This document shows, one piece after another, positions 1-10,381 of a stretch of 64,000 nt of DNA. Every line of letters starts with the position of its first letter. The stretch's first letter is position 1. The position numbers and the translations under genes were made by a program. Source of the DNA: Candidatus Binatia bacterium (GTDB lineage Bacteria; Desulfobacterota; Binatia; UBA9968; JAJDTQ01); the NCBI GenBank assembly GCA_963664535.1, contig OY761465.1:3565178-3629177 (forward strand), in the 5' to 3' direction. The notes beneath the pieces were generated by a model that was not told where the DNA came from, made no database searches, and saw nothing but the letters and a program-made list of their open reading frames with translations.

Positions 1-695
1 CTCGTCGCAGCCCTGGGGCAGCACCACGTAGTCGAAGCCGGCGCCCGCCAGCAGCGTGCAGGAAGGCGGGACCCCGAAGCACATGGTGATGGGTACGGGC
101 TTGTCGGCCTGGTAGTACTTGGACACCACCTGCCACATGTGCGATCCGGGCGAGATCTGGAAGGTCGCCACGTTGCCCCAGCGGAAGTTCATGCGGTTGT
201 AGCCGAGGTCGGTGCCGCCGTCGAAGTGCTCGCCGGAGATGAGCCGGTTGCCCGAGCCCACGGTCAGTTCCGGCTCGTACTCGGTGTGGCGGATGGGCAG
301 CATGTACTCGTTGACGTCCTTGGGGTCCTTGATGATCTCCTCGTGGACCGGCGCCTCCTCGGAGCTTACCTCCACCGGCGGAATCTGGTTCTTGATGGCG
401 TCCGCCAGCTTGCGCGTGCGGTCGGTGTGGTTCTCCCACCCGAACATCTTGTTGATGACGCCCATGTCACCGAACAGGTTGGTCACCGCCCGGTGATAGG
501 GCTTGTCCTTGACGTTGTTGAACAGGATCGGACAGCCGCCGTCGAGGTTCTTCTGGATCGCGGTGATCTCAAGGTCGGGATCGACCTCCTTGTCCGTCTC
601 GATCAGATCGCCTTCGGACTTGAGCCACTCCAGCGCATTGCGCAGATCGTGGATCTGCTCGGCGGGCGCCCCGAGTTTCTTTGCTGCTTTGGCCA
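1..695 (-). CDS. UbiD-family (non-oxidative aromatic acid) decarboxylase, N-terminal ~231 aa; 3' end runs off window
   Basis: Reverse-strand translation from ATG (rc of cat 693-695) reads MAKAAKKLGAPAEQIHDLRNALEWLKSEGDLIETDKEVDPDLEITAIQK...GNRLISGEHFDGG..., a typical UbiD N-terminus. RBS aggag lies upstream. There is no stop before position 1. Confidence 0.8.
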
Positions 696-865
696 TTTGC
701 TACTCCTCTTGTGTGATTTGGCGGTTGTTTCGCGGCCAACGGCCGCCGCTCCCCGCGTGATGGTGACCCCTCCGGCGTCATCGGGGCCGATGACAGAAAA
801 CGCTTCCTCAAGTCTACAAAGGAACTCGTCGAACAGGGTAATGCACTCACGAACGGAGTCCGACA

Positions 866-894
866 ACATTAGCCAAGAGAACTGGCCGTGTCAA
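866..894 (-). promoter_or_regulatory. putative sigma70 promoter (TTGACA-17bp-TAATGT) for the UbiD-like gene, leaving a ~160-nt 5' UTR
   Basis: The reverse complement reads ttgacacggccagttctcttggctaatgt: a near-consensus -35, a 17-bp spacer and a -10 hexamer. Confidence 0.3.
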
Positions 895-1036
895 CCTTTA
901 GACGTCCCTTCGTCCCTTTGACCTCACGCCGGGTCGGGCCGGAACCGGCGCCTCCAGGTCAGGGCGGCGCGGATGCTCGCGTGGAGGCATGGCAGCCGTA
1001 TGGGCCGCGTGGCGGCTTTTCGGGTCGCCCACCGCC

Positions 1037-2338
1037 TCACCGCGTCTCGGGCTGGAACCGCCGTTTCCACGTCATGCTCAACTGAATGCTCACGTAGGCC
1101 AGCGTATACGACAGCAGCCCCAGCATCCAGGCGTATTGGTACGAGCCGGTGACGTCGTAGACAAACCCGCCGAACCAGGGTCCCAAAGCGATTCCGAACC
1201 CGTAAAAGATTTCCAGCAGTCCGATGATGGTGGCGACGTGCCGGCCCCAGAAAATATCCGTGAGGGTGGCGCCGAAGGTGGCGTTGGCGGCGCTGTGACC
1301 GACGCCATAGAGGACGGCGAACGCCACGAACCACCACGCGGGGGATTCGGGACCCGCGGCCATGAGCAGTCCGATGCCGCCGAGGGCCATGACGGTGGCG
1401 ACGCCATAGGCACGGTCACGCCCGATGCGGTCCGAGGCGAAGCCCCAGAGGGCCGTTCCGGGAATCCGCACCACCCCGGCCAGACCGAAGACCGTGGCGG
1501 CGCCGAGCTTGTCCAGGCCGACGTGGACCAGGTGGGCGACGGTGTGGGTATTCATGAGAGACAAGCCGGTGCCCGCCGTCAGGTGGCCCAGCGCCATGGA
1601 CCAGAAAGGAAACGAGGACAGCGCCGTTGCCGGCGTCCATTCGTGGACGGCGGGTCGCGCCGTCGCGGCGGTCCTCGAAGGACCCGGCGTCCCCGCGGTT
1701 TCGGTGCCCGGTGCCGTGGCTTCGAACGACGCGCCGTCCGGGAGCTGCCCGATGTCCTCGGGCCGGCGCCGCTGGAGCAACGCGTTCAGCGGCACCTGCG
1801 ACGCCAGCACGCCGATCCCCATCAACACCATCGACGCGCGCCAGCCGTGCCGGGTGACCAGGAACTGCACGCCGGGCACGATCACGATGCCGACGCCCAA
1901 GCCCATGGCGGCGAAACCGAGGGCCGTGGCCCGGCGGCGGCGGAACCAGCGGGAGAGCAGGGTGGTGGTGCCGACGAAGTCGAGGCAGATGATGCCGACG
2001 CCCGCCAGGAGGCCGTACCAGAGGTAGAACTGCCACAGCGCCGTGCTCCGCCCGGACAGCACGAGCCCGGCGCCGATCAGGAGCCCGCCCAGGGGCATGA
2101 TGATGCGCGGCCCCAACCGGTCGTAGGCCCACCCCACCAGCGGCGCCAGGGCGATCACCGCGATGCCGTTGACAGAGGCAATGGCGGCCGTGGCGGCGCG
2201 AGACCACCGGAACGCCTCCAGCAGCGCGACGTTGAACACCCCGAACGACGCCATGAAGCCCCCCACCAGCACCAAGTTGAGGAAGCAGAGGGAGAGGATG
2301 ACGTGTCCGTAGAAAAGCCGGGGAGCGTGGGGTTCCAT
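1037..2338 (-). CDS. MFS transporter, oxalate/formate-antiporter-like family (paralog 2)
   Basis: C-terminal 434 aa of the listed 818-aa ORF, starting MEPHAPRLFYGHVILSLCFLNLV. It has a 12-TM MFS pattern and about 60% identity to the adjacent upstream MFS. The N-terminal part of the listed ORF is an out-of-frame overlap with the upstream gene. Confidence 0.85.
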   Translation of the reverse strand: MEPHAPRLFYGHVILSLCFLNLVLVGGFMASFGVFNVALLEAFRWSRAATAAIASVNGIAVIALAPLVGWAYDRLGPRIIMPLGGLLIGAGLVLSGRSTALWQFYLWYGLLAGVGIICLDFVGTTTLLSRWFRRRRATALGFAAMGLGVGIVIVPGVQFLVTRHGWRASMVLMGIGVLASQVPLNALLQRRRPEDIGQLPDGASFEATAPGTETAGTPGPSRTAATARPAVHEWTPATALSSFPFWSMALGHLTAGTGLSLMNTHTVAHLVHVGLDKLGAATVFGLAGVVRIPGTALWGFASDRIGRDRAYGVATVMALGGIGLLMAAGPESPAWWFVAFAVLYGVGHSAANATFGATLTDIFWGRHVATIIGLLEIFYGFGIALGPWFGGFVYDVTGSYQYAWMLGLLSYTLAYVSIQLSMTWKRRFQPETR

Positions 2339-2340
2339 GC

Positions 2341-3618
2341 TCACCGCGTCTCGTGGCGGGAGCGCCGCTTCCACATGATGCACACCTGGACGCTCAGGTA
2401 GGCTACCGTGAAAGAGACGAGCCCCAGGATCCAGGCGTACTGGTAGGAGCCGGTCACGTCGAACGCGTAGCCGCCGAACCACGATCCGAGCGCCACCCCG
2501 ATGCCGAAGGTGACCTCCAGCCAACCGAGGATTTTGCCGACGTTTCTGCCGCCGAAGATGTCGGTGATGGTGGCGCCGAAGGTGGGGTTGCCGGAGCTGT
2601 GGCCGATGCCGTAAAGGACGGCGAAGGCCACGAACCACCACGCCGGCGCGTCCGCGCTCAGGGCCATGAGCACCCCGATCCCGCCAAGGGTGAAGAGGGT
2701 GCCGAGGAGGTAGGCGCGGTCGCGCCCCAGGCGGTCCGAGATGAAACCCCAGAAGGCCGTGCTCGGGATCCGCGCCACCCCCACCAGGCTGAAGGCGTTG
2801 GCGGCCACCTGTTTCGCCAGTCCGATGTGGACCAGATGGGCGACCGCGTATGTGTACATGAGGGCAAGGCCGGTGCCGAGCCCCAGGTGCCCCACGGCAA
2901 TGGACCAGAACGGGAACGAGCGGAACGCTTCCGCGAGCGTCCAGTCCCGCGGCGGCACGGGCTTTTCGGCGGCGGGTTCCGCCGTCACCGGGGCGGCATC
3001 CGCGGCGCCCGGCGAATCGCCGTCCGGCAGTTGTCCGACATCTTCGGGCCGGCGTCGCTGGAACACGGCGTTCAGAGGCACGATGGTTGCCAGAACCACG
3101 ATCCCCAGCAGCGCCATGGCCGCGCTCCACCCGTATCGGGTGATCAGGACCTGAACCACGGGCACGATCAGGATGCCGAAGCCCAGTCCCATGGTGGCCA
3201 GGCCGAGGGCCATTCCCCGCCGCCGGCGGAACCAGTGGGACAACAGGGCGGTGTTGCTGACGAAGCCGATGCAGCCGATGCCCAGCCCCACGAGCAGGCC
3301 GTACGCGAGGTAGAAGTGCCAAAGCGACGTGCCGGCCCCCGACAGCAGCATCCCGCAGCCGATGAGGAAGGCCCCGAAAGGCATGAGGATGCGCGGCCCC
3401 AGCCGGTCGTAGGCCCAGCCCACCAGCGGCGAGGAGGCGCTGTAGAAAAAGCCGTTCACCGAGGCGATGGAGCCGGTGACCGCGCGGGACCACGGAAACG
3501 TTTCCTGCAACGCGATGTAGAAGACGCTGTAGGAGGCCAGGATCCCCCGCATCAGCACCATGTTGAGGAAACAGAGGGCGACGATGACGTAGCCGTAGAA
3601 GAAGGAGCGTCGGGCCAT
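2341..3618 (-). CDS. MFS transporter, oxalate/formate-antiporter-like family (paralog 1)
   Basis: 425-aa ORF starting MARRSFFYGYVIVALCFLNMV... with typical MFS TM segments. Its stop lies 2 bp from the start of paralog 2. Confidence 0.85.
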   Translation of the reverse strand: MARRSFFYGYVIVALCFLNMVLMRGILASYSVFYIALQETFPWSRAVTGSIASVNGFFYSASSPLVGWAYDRLGPRILMPFGAFLIGCGMLLSGAGTSLWHFYLAYGLLVGLGIGCIGFVSNTALLSHWFRRRRGMALGLATMGLGFGILIVPVVQVLITRYGWSAAMALLGIVVLATIVPLNAVFQRRRPEDVGQLPDGDSPGAADAAPVTAEPAAEKPVPPRDWTLAEAFRSFPFWSIAVGHLGLGTGLALMYTYAVAHLVHIGLAKQVAANAFSLVGVARIPSTAFWGFISDRLGRDRAYLLGTLFTLGGIGVLMALSADAPAWWFVAFAVLYGIGHSSGNPTFGATITDIFGGRNVGKILGWLEVTFGIGVALGSWFGGYAFDVTGSYQYAWILGLVSFTVAYLSVQVCIMWKRRSRHETR

Positions 3619-3623
3619 GGGAT

Positions 3624-4550
3624 TCAGATATGCGGCAGGGTTTCCTCGGCGAACCGCTGCATTTGCTCGAGGCGGTCGGGCCAGCGCGGCACCATGAACT
3701 GGAGCGCCAGGTGTTCCACTCCCGCCCCGCGGTAGCGCGCGATGGCCTCCACGAGTTGGGCGGGGGTGCCGGCCAAGCGGTCCGGCTCCTGCGTCACCGG
3801 TTCCCGCGTGACCTCGATGGGGAGGCAGCAGTTGAGCCGCAGGCTCTCCGGTGAGCGCCCGGCTTCTTCGGCGTGTCGCCGGGCGTTGTCGAACCGCGCG
3901 GCCAGTTCATCGGGCTCGATGCGCACGAAGTAGGGGAACCACGCGTCGCCGTAGCGTCCGGCGCGCCGCTGGGCCCGGCGTCCCTCGCCGCCGATCCAGA
4001 CCGGGATACCCTGGGGCCTGCGGGATTTGGGCAGGAAGCTGACGTCGTCGAACCGGTAGAACTCTCCGGCAAAGCTCGAATGCTCGGTGCTCAGGACTTC
4101 TCTCAGTACCTCGATCTGCTCGTCGGTCCTGCGGCCCCGGTCCCCGAACGGCGCCTGCAGCGCCCGGAACTCTTCTTCCATCCATCCCACGCCCACGCCC
4201 AGAATGAAGCGGCCCTCGGACAGGTGGTCGAGGGTCGCGGCGATCTTGCCCCAGACCAGCGGCTGACGGTAAGGCAGCACCAGCACGCTGATGCCCAGCT
4301 CGACACGGCTGGTGCACGCCGCCAGGAACGTCAGGCACGTCAGGGAATCCAGGAAGGGACGGTCCGGCGGCACGATGAACGCGCCTTCGTTGGCGTAGGG
4401 GTAAGGTGTGTCGATGCGCCAGGGGATGATGATGCGGTCCGCCGCCCAGATGGAGTCGAAGCCCCAAGCCTCGGCGCTCCGGGCTGCCTGACGCAAGGTC
4501 TCGGCAGTGGCTGCGCGTCCTGAAATGGGCAGGAAGACTCCGGTTTTCGT
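3624..4550 (-). CDS. LLM-class F420-dependent / luciferase-like oxidoreductase; probable non-canonical or mutated start (ACG at 4548-4550)
   Basis: The listed ORF 3624..4496 starts at TTG inside the conserved N-terminal segment. The in-frame upstream sequence reads TKTGVFLPISGRAATAETLRQAARSAEAWGFDSIWAADRI, an LLM N-terminus. A gaagggag RBS lies 8 nt before the ACG. There is no ATG/GTG/TTG between the upstream stop (4617-4619) and 4496. Confidence 0.75.
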   Translation of the reverse strand, partial: TKTGVFLPISGRAATAETLRQAARSAEAWGFDSIWAADRIIIPWRIDTPYPYANEGAFIVPPDRPFLDSLTCLTFLAACTSRVELGISVLVLPYRQPLVWGKIAATLDHLSEGRFILGVGVGWMEEEFRALQAPFGDRGRRTDEQIEVLREVLSTEHSSFAGEFYRFDDVSFLPKSRRPQGIPVWIGGEGRRAQRRAGRYGDAWFPYFVRIEPDELAARFDNARRHAEEAGRSPESLRLNCCLPIEVTREPVTQEPDRLAGTPAQLVEAIARYRGAGVEHLALQFMVPRWPDRLEQMQRFAEETLPHI

Positions 4551-4767
4551 GGTGCGGCTCCCTTCGAAGGGAATGCGGTCGGTGGTTGAACTACTAGCCG
4601 AACACCGGCGGGAGTGTCAAACTACGTCCGGTTGACGCGGGCCGTGCAAAGGGGCTATGGCATCCTACGTCAAGGGGCGGATGGAAGCGGGAAGTCCCTG
4701 CCGAGGTCCGTCTCACGAAGGCGTATCGCAACAGTATCGCAACATTCAGCGAGGGGAGAACACCACT

Positions 4768-6537
4768 ATGGCAAAGGCCGCTAGGGCGGAGAAGAAGCAG
4801 GCGGAGTACGGCTCGGACGTCGTCGTCGACATGCTGAAGGCGTTCGATATCGAATACACGGCTTTCAACCCGGGGGCGAGCTTCCGCGGCATCCATGACT
4901 CCATCGTGAACTACGGCGGCAACCATCACCCGGAGGTGATCTTTTGCTGCCACGAGGAGATCTCGGTGGCCATCTCCCACGGTTACGCCAAGGCCACGGG
5001 CAAGCCCATGGTGGCGATCCTGCACGACGTGGTGGGCCTCCAGCACGGCAGCATGGGGATCTTCAACGCGTGGTGCGACCGTGTCCCGGTGATCTGCCTC
5101 GGCGGTACCGGCCCGGTGGATACCACCATCCGCCGCCCCTGGATCGACTGGATCCATACCGCGCTGACGCAGGGCAACCAGGTGCGCGACTACACCAAGT
5201 GGGACGACCAGCCGGCCACGCTGGAGAGCATTCCGGAATCTTTCATCCGCGGTTACCGTCTTGCCGTCACCGAGCCCACGGCGCCGGTGTACATCAACTA
5301 CGACGCCGGCCTCCAGGAGATGGAGGTGGCGAAACAGATCGAGGTACCCGACGTCAGCCGGTTCGCCCCCCAGGCTCCGGTGCAGGGGAACCCCGAGGCC
5401 ATGCGGCGGGCGGCGGAGCTTCTGGTGGGCGCCAAGGCGCCTCTCATCGTCGCGGACTTCATGGGCCGCAAGCCCGCGGCGGTGGCGGCCCTGGCCGAGC
5501 TGGCCGAGCTGCTGGCGATTCCGGTCGTCGACAAGGGCAACCGGCACAACATCGCCAACACGCATCCGCTCGACGTGACCAACGTCGCCGGCGACTTCCT
5601 GAAGAAGGCCGACGTGGTGCTGGGGCTGGACGTCCAGGACCTCTATGGCTCGCTGACCACGGTGGACCGCACCACCCGGGAGATGGGCTACGTCATCCAG
5701 CCCGGAACCAAGATCATTCACATCAACCTGAACGACATGCTGGTGCACAGTTGGGCCACGGACGTCCAGCCGCTGCAGGCGGTGGACGTTCCCATCAGCG
5801 CCGATACGGCCATCGCTCTGCCCGAATTGACCCGCCTGTGCCGGGAGCTGATGGGTTCGGACAGGTCGGCCATCGAGGCCCGGGCCAGGGAAGTCAAGGC
5901 GGTGCACGACGCGGCCCGCGCCCGCTGGCAGGAGGAGGCGCGGCAGACCCTCACCCGCAACGACATCTCCACCGCCTGCCTCGGCTACGAGATCGGCGAG
6001 GCGGTCAAGAACGAGGACTGGGTGCTGGCCAACGGCAGCGCCAACGGCTGGGCCCGGAAGCTGTGGGACTGGACCAAGCCGGGTCAATACCTGGGCCGCA
6101 GCGGCGGCGCCGGCGTGGGCTACGGCATGAGCGCCGCCATCGGCGTGGCCCTGGGGCACATGGGGACGGACAAGTTCTGCGTCGACATCCAGTCGGACGG
6201 CGACCTGCTGATGACCTCCAGCGCCTTGTGGACCGCGGCGCACCACAAGATCCCGCTGCTGATCGTCATCCACAACAACCAGTCCTTCTACAACTCCGAG
6301 GAACACGGCATCAAGCTGGCGGAGTTCCGCAACCGCCCCGTCGAGAATGCCGGCATCGGCACCCACGTGAGCGACCCGCTGGTGGACTACGCCAAGATGG
6401 CCGAGTGCTTCGGGGTCTGGGGCGAGGGGCCGATCCGCACGCCGGCGGAGCTGGGTCCCGCGCTGGAACGGGCCTGCAAGGTGGTGAAGGAGCAGCGGCT
6501 GCCGGCCGTGCTGGACGTGGTTTCCGATCCCCGGTGA
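4768..6537 (+). CDS. thiamine-pyrophosphate-dependent enzyme (acetolactate synthase / benzoylformate decarboxylase family)
   Basis: The ORF contains the TPP-enzyme GDG...NN motif region (IQSDGDLLMTSSALWTAAHHKIPLLIVIHNNQSF) and an N-terminal Pyr domain. Start chosen at MAKAARAEKKQ, preceded by gaggggag. Confidence 0.8.
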   Translation: MAKAARAEKKQAEYGSDVVVDMLKAFDIEYTAFNPGASFRGIHDSIVNYGGNHHPEVIFCCHEEISVAISHGYAKATGKPMVAILHDVVGLQHGSMGIFNAWCDRVPVICLGGTGPVDTTIRRPWIDWIHTALTQGNQVRDYTKWDDQPATLESIPESFIRGYRLAVTEPTAPVYINYDAGLQEMEVAKQIEVPDVSRFAPQAPVQGNPEAMRRAAELLVGAKAPLIVADFMGRKPAAVAALAELAELLAIPVVDKGNRHNIANTHPLDVTNVAGDFLKKADVVLGLDVQDLYGSLTTVDRTTREMGYVIQPGTKIIHINLNDMLVHSWATDVQPLQAVDVPISADTAIALPELTRLCRELMGSDRSAIEARAREVKAVHDAARARWQEEARQTLTRNDISTACLGYEIGEAVKNEDWVLANGSANGWARKLWDWTKPGQYLGRSGGAGVGYGMSAAIGVALGHMGTDKFCVDIQSDGDLLMTSSALWTAAHHKIPLLIVIHNNQSFYNSEEHGIKLAEFRNRPVENAGIGTHVSDPLVDYAKMAECFGVWGEGPIRTPAELGPALERACKVVKEQRLPAVLDVVSDPR

Positions 6538-6603
6538 GGCAGACCGCGACGCGGACCGGCGGATCGCCCGCGGAGCAGCGCCACGGTTCGCTCTGGAGGT
6601 GAT

Positions 6604-7434
6604 ATGGACGAGAGCGCCCAGTACCTTGCCTTTGCCGAAGCAGTTTCCGAGCCCGATATGGATCTGGCCCGGGTGGCCCTGACCATCGCCGTGCCGGAGT
6701 ATCCCGAGCTCGATATCGAAGGGTACCTTGCCCGACTGGACCGGATGGCGGAGAGGGTGAGCGAGGCGGCCGGCGCCGAGGAAGGCGCCTATCGCCGGCT
6801 CGCCTGCGTTGAATACGTGTTGTTCCAGCAGGAAGGTTTCCAAGGCAACGACGAGGACTATTACGACCCCGAGAACAGCTTCCTGAACCGGGTCATGGAC
6901 CGCAAGAGCGGCATCCCCATCACCCTGTCGGTGCTCTACATGGAGGTGGCCCGGCGGGTGGGCCTGGAAGCCGGGGGCGTGGGCTTCCCGGGTCACTTCC
7001 TGGTCAAGACGGCCTGCGAAGGCCAGGAGGTCTTCGTCGACCCCTTCAACGGCGGCCGCATCCTGTCGGCGCCGGACTTTCAGGGGTTGCTGGACAGGCT
7101 CTACGGCGGCCGGCTGGAGGTCCAGCCCGAGTACCTTTCCCCCGTGTCCAACAGACAGATCGTTCAGCGAATGCTCAACAACATCAAGCTGATCTACGCC
7201 AACCGGCAGGATCTGAAGCGATGCCTCCGGGTAGTGGAGCAGCTCGTGATCCTGAACCCGCGCGACCCCGATCAGATCCGGGACCGTGGCCTTTTACGTT
7301 TGCGGCTGGAGGACGGCGCGGGCGCGCTGACGGACTTGGAGAGGTATCTGGAACTGGCGCCGGATTCCGACGGCGCCGCGACGGTGCGGGAACAGATCGA
7401 GAAGATCCGGAAACACTCGCGCGCGTTTCACTGA
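6604..7434 (+). CDS. transglutaminase-like / SirB1 (UPF0162) family protein with C-terminal TPR-like region
   Basis: 276-aa ORF with the pattern FLNRVMDRKSGIPITLSVLYMEVARRVGLEAGGVGFPGHFLVK, typical of the SirB1/YchA family. Confidence 0.6.
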   Translation: MDESAQYLAFAEAVSEPDMDLARVALTIAVPEYPELDIEGYLARLDRMAERVSEAAGAEEGAYRRLACVEYVLFQQEGFQGNDEDYYDPENSFLNRVMDRKSGIPITLSVLYMEVARRVGLEAGGVGFPGHFLVKTACEGQEVFVDPFNGGRILSAPDFQGLLDRLYGGRLEVQPEYLSPVSNRQIVQRMLNNIKLIYANRQDLKRCLRVVEQLVILNPRDPDQIRDRGLLRLRLEDGAGALTDLERYLELAPDSDGAATVREQIEKIRKHSRAFH

Positions 7435-7470
7435 CGGTGACGGGTTTCGAACCCGTCACCGTTCCTTGTT

Positions 7471-9498
7471 CTATTGAAAGGCCCTGACGTAGGCCCGTTG
7501 CACCCGCTCCACGCGGCCCGTGTACAGCAGGCCGAGGCGGGCGAACGCCTCCAGGGCGGCGCCGTCTCCCTGGTCCATGGGGAAGTGGATCACCTTGCGG
7601 AAACGCTTGATTTCCTTCTGGGACTCCTCGGTCAGGTGCTCCACCGCCTGCTGCAGCTCCTCGCGGCCCTTCAGCACCTTGTTGAGGATGGGAAGCACCA
7701 GCACGTCGGCCTTGTCCTGGATGCGTGACAGGGCCGCGCTCGCCACCGGCACCACGTCGATGCCGAGGTCGGAGAGGAAGTGGCTCAGCCTCTGCCCCAC
7801 GTTGTCCTTGAGGAACGCTTCCGGCACCGCCACGGCGTGCCGCAGCCGACGCCGCATCCACACCCAGCGCATGGCGCCGGGATAGACCTCGCGTTTCAGC
7901 TTTCTCAGGTATTCCTTGCTCAGCTCGCCCCAGGTCTGCTCCACCGCGGCGCTTTCCACGAACGGCCCGTCGGCCACCGTCTCGGGGTCGCCGTGGGCCT
8001 TGTCCACATAGTCGTGGAAGTGTTTTTCCGAGATCATGTAGCTGATGGCGTAGTCCAGCTTCTCGAAGCTGGGGTGGGGCCACATGATCTGCCGCAGGGT
8101 CTTAAGGAAGAAGCGGCGCCGGACGCTGTCGGTGGTGAAGATGTAGTGCCGGAAAGTGTTGGCCAGTATGCCGAGGACCTCCCGATCGATCTTGCTTCCC
8201 CGGCCCCGGCGCACGTACTCCGGCCGGAATGCCCTCACCCCGGTGGCCAGCCGCGCGCCGTAGTTTTCGTACTTGTAGAGGCTCCGGATCAGCCAGTTGT
8301 AGCCCTGCTGGACCTGCTCGACGGTCATCAGCTTGGGCACGAAGTTCAGGTCCGCGGAGCCGTGCCCCTTCATCTGCGCGGAGTCGTAGGGGATCAGCCG
8401 GCCTTCCTTCTCCAGGCGTTCGTAGAGCGGCGTCTTCTCGATGGCGGTCAGCACGCCGCTGGTGGTGAAGGCGATGCCGGCTTCCTGGAGGAAGTCGAAC
8501 TGCTCCTTGAAGATGTCGGTGTCGTCGTTGTCGAAGCCGACGATCATGCCCGCGAGGATCGCCATGTTGTGGGACTGGATCTTGCGGACGCTCTCCATCA
8601 GCGGCGAGGTGGTGTTCTGCCGCTTCTGGGTCTCGGTGAGGCTCGCCACCCGCGGCGACTCGATGCCCAGGAACATGCTGGTGAAGTTGGCGTCGTGCAG
8701 CAACTGGAGCAGCCTGGGCTTCTCCGCCACGTTGATGGTCATCTCCGCCGAGAAATTGATGGGATAGTTGTTGGCGCGGCCGTATTCCGACACTGCGGTG
8801 AGCAACTCCTCGGCGTAGCGCATGTTGCCGATGAGATTGGCATCCGAGAAGCTGATGTGTATGCCGCCGACGGACTCCACCGCCCGGATCTCCGCCAGCA
8901 CCTGCTCCACGCTCTTGGTGCGCGGCACCCGTCCGTCGGTAATGATGATGTCGCAGAACTCGCACTTGAAGGGACAGCCCCGAGTGGTCTGAAGGAAGTA
9001 GTAGAGGTAGTCGTCACGGGAAGCCAGGTCCACCCGCGGCACCGGCGAGAGCGAAATGTCGACGTTGCCCTCCTGCTTGTAGAGCGGCTTGTAAGTGCCG
9101 GTCCGGAGGTCGTCGCAGAACTGCGGCCAGGTGATCTCCACTTCGCCGTCAAAGACCACGTCGAAGAGCCCGTCGGTGAAGCGCTCGGGACACAGGGAGG
9201 GGTACGGGCCGCCCGCCACCACCATCTTTCCGCGCTTCCGGAACGCTTCCGCGATGTGCCGGGCGCGGCCGTACTGGATGCTCCAGCAGGCAATGGCCAC
9301 CACGTCGGCGTCGGTGTCGAACTGGAGCGGCTTGACGTTCTCGTCCTGCAGCTCGACGTCGAAGTCCGGCGGCGTCAGGGCGGCCACGGTGAGGAGCCCC
9401 AGCGGCGTCTGGGCGCAACGCTGCGGAAGGATGTCGGTTATCCCGGTCAGGCGCCACAGGGAGTTCGGAAAGCGCGGATTGACGAACAGAATTTTCAT
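7471..9498 (-). CDS. B12-binding-domain radical SAM protein with DUF4070-like region and ~170-aa extra C-terminal extension
   Basis: Has an N-terminal cobalamin-binding fold (MKILFVNPRF...) and a CxxxCxxC radical SAM motif (TTRGCPFKCEFCD). At 675 aa it is longer than the typical ~500 aa. Confidence 0.8.
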   Translation of the reverse strand: MKILFVNPRFPNSLWRLTGITDILPQRCAQTPLGLLTVAALTPPDFDVELQDENVKPLQFDTDADVVAIACWSIQYGRARHIAEAFRKRGKMVVAGGPYPSLCPERFTDGLFDVVFDGEVEITWPQFCDDLRTGTYKPLYKQEGNVDISLSPVPRVDLASRDDYLYYFLQTTRGCPFKCEFCDIIITDGRVPRTKSVEQVLAEIRAVESVGGIHISFSDANLIGNMRYAEELLTAVSEYGRANNYPINFSAEMTINVAEKPRLLQLLHDANFTSMFLGIESPRVASLTETQKRQNTTSPLMESVRKIQSHNMAILAGMIVGFDNDDTDIFKEQFDFLQEAGIAFTTSGVLTAIEKTPLYERLEKEGRLIPYDSAQMKGHGSADLNFVPKLMTVEQVQQGYNWLIRSLYKYENYGARLATGVRAFRPEYVRRGRGSKIDREVLGILANTFRHYIFTTDSVRRRFFLKTLRQIMWPHPSFEKLDYAISYMISEKHFHDYVDKAHGDPETVADGPFVESAAVEQTWGELSKEYLRKLKREVYPGAMRWVWMRRRLRHAVAVPEAFLKDNVGQRLSHFLSDLGIDVVPVASAALSRIQDKADVLVLPILNKVLKGREELQQAVEHLTEESQKEIKRFRKVIHFPMDQGDGAALEAFARLGLLYTGRVERVQRAYVRAFQ

Positions 9499-9694
9499 GG
9501 CGTGAAACTCCTCATGGTGCCGGTGTCCCTGTTTCTCTCCGTGGTTTCGCTTTTGTTCCTGGGGCGGTTTAGTGATAACCTGCGCCGAAGGGCCGTTAAA
9601 TCGGACAATTGACCGTATTTACGCCACGTTAACAGCCGCCCGATGGCGATGTCAAGATCGATTTGCCGTTTCTCCCTCAACGCCGTCGATATCC

Positions 9695-10377
<683 letters not shown>

Positions 10378-10381
<4 letters not shown>

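Noticed and set aside
989-2401. 470-aa + strand ORF, and similar long ORFs at 1416-2207(-), 4594-6996(-), 7780-9612(+), 13809-16187(-), 16838-18982(-), 19822-20781(-), 21336-22622(-), 26779-28632(+) and 41285-42217(-)
   Set aside because: They are Arg/Gly/Pro/Ala-rich low-complexity translations lying antisense or out-of-frame to genes with clear homology. These are typical spurious ORFs of ~70% GC DNA.
1037-3493. 818-aa ORF suggesting a fused double transporter
   Set aside because: The N-terminal 385 aa are an alternative-frame overlap of the upstream MFS gene (2341-3618). The real product is the C-terminal 434-aa MFS starting at 2338.
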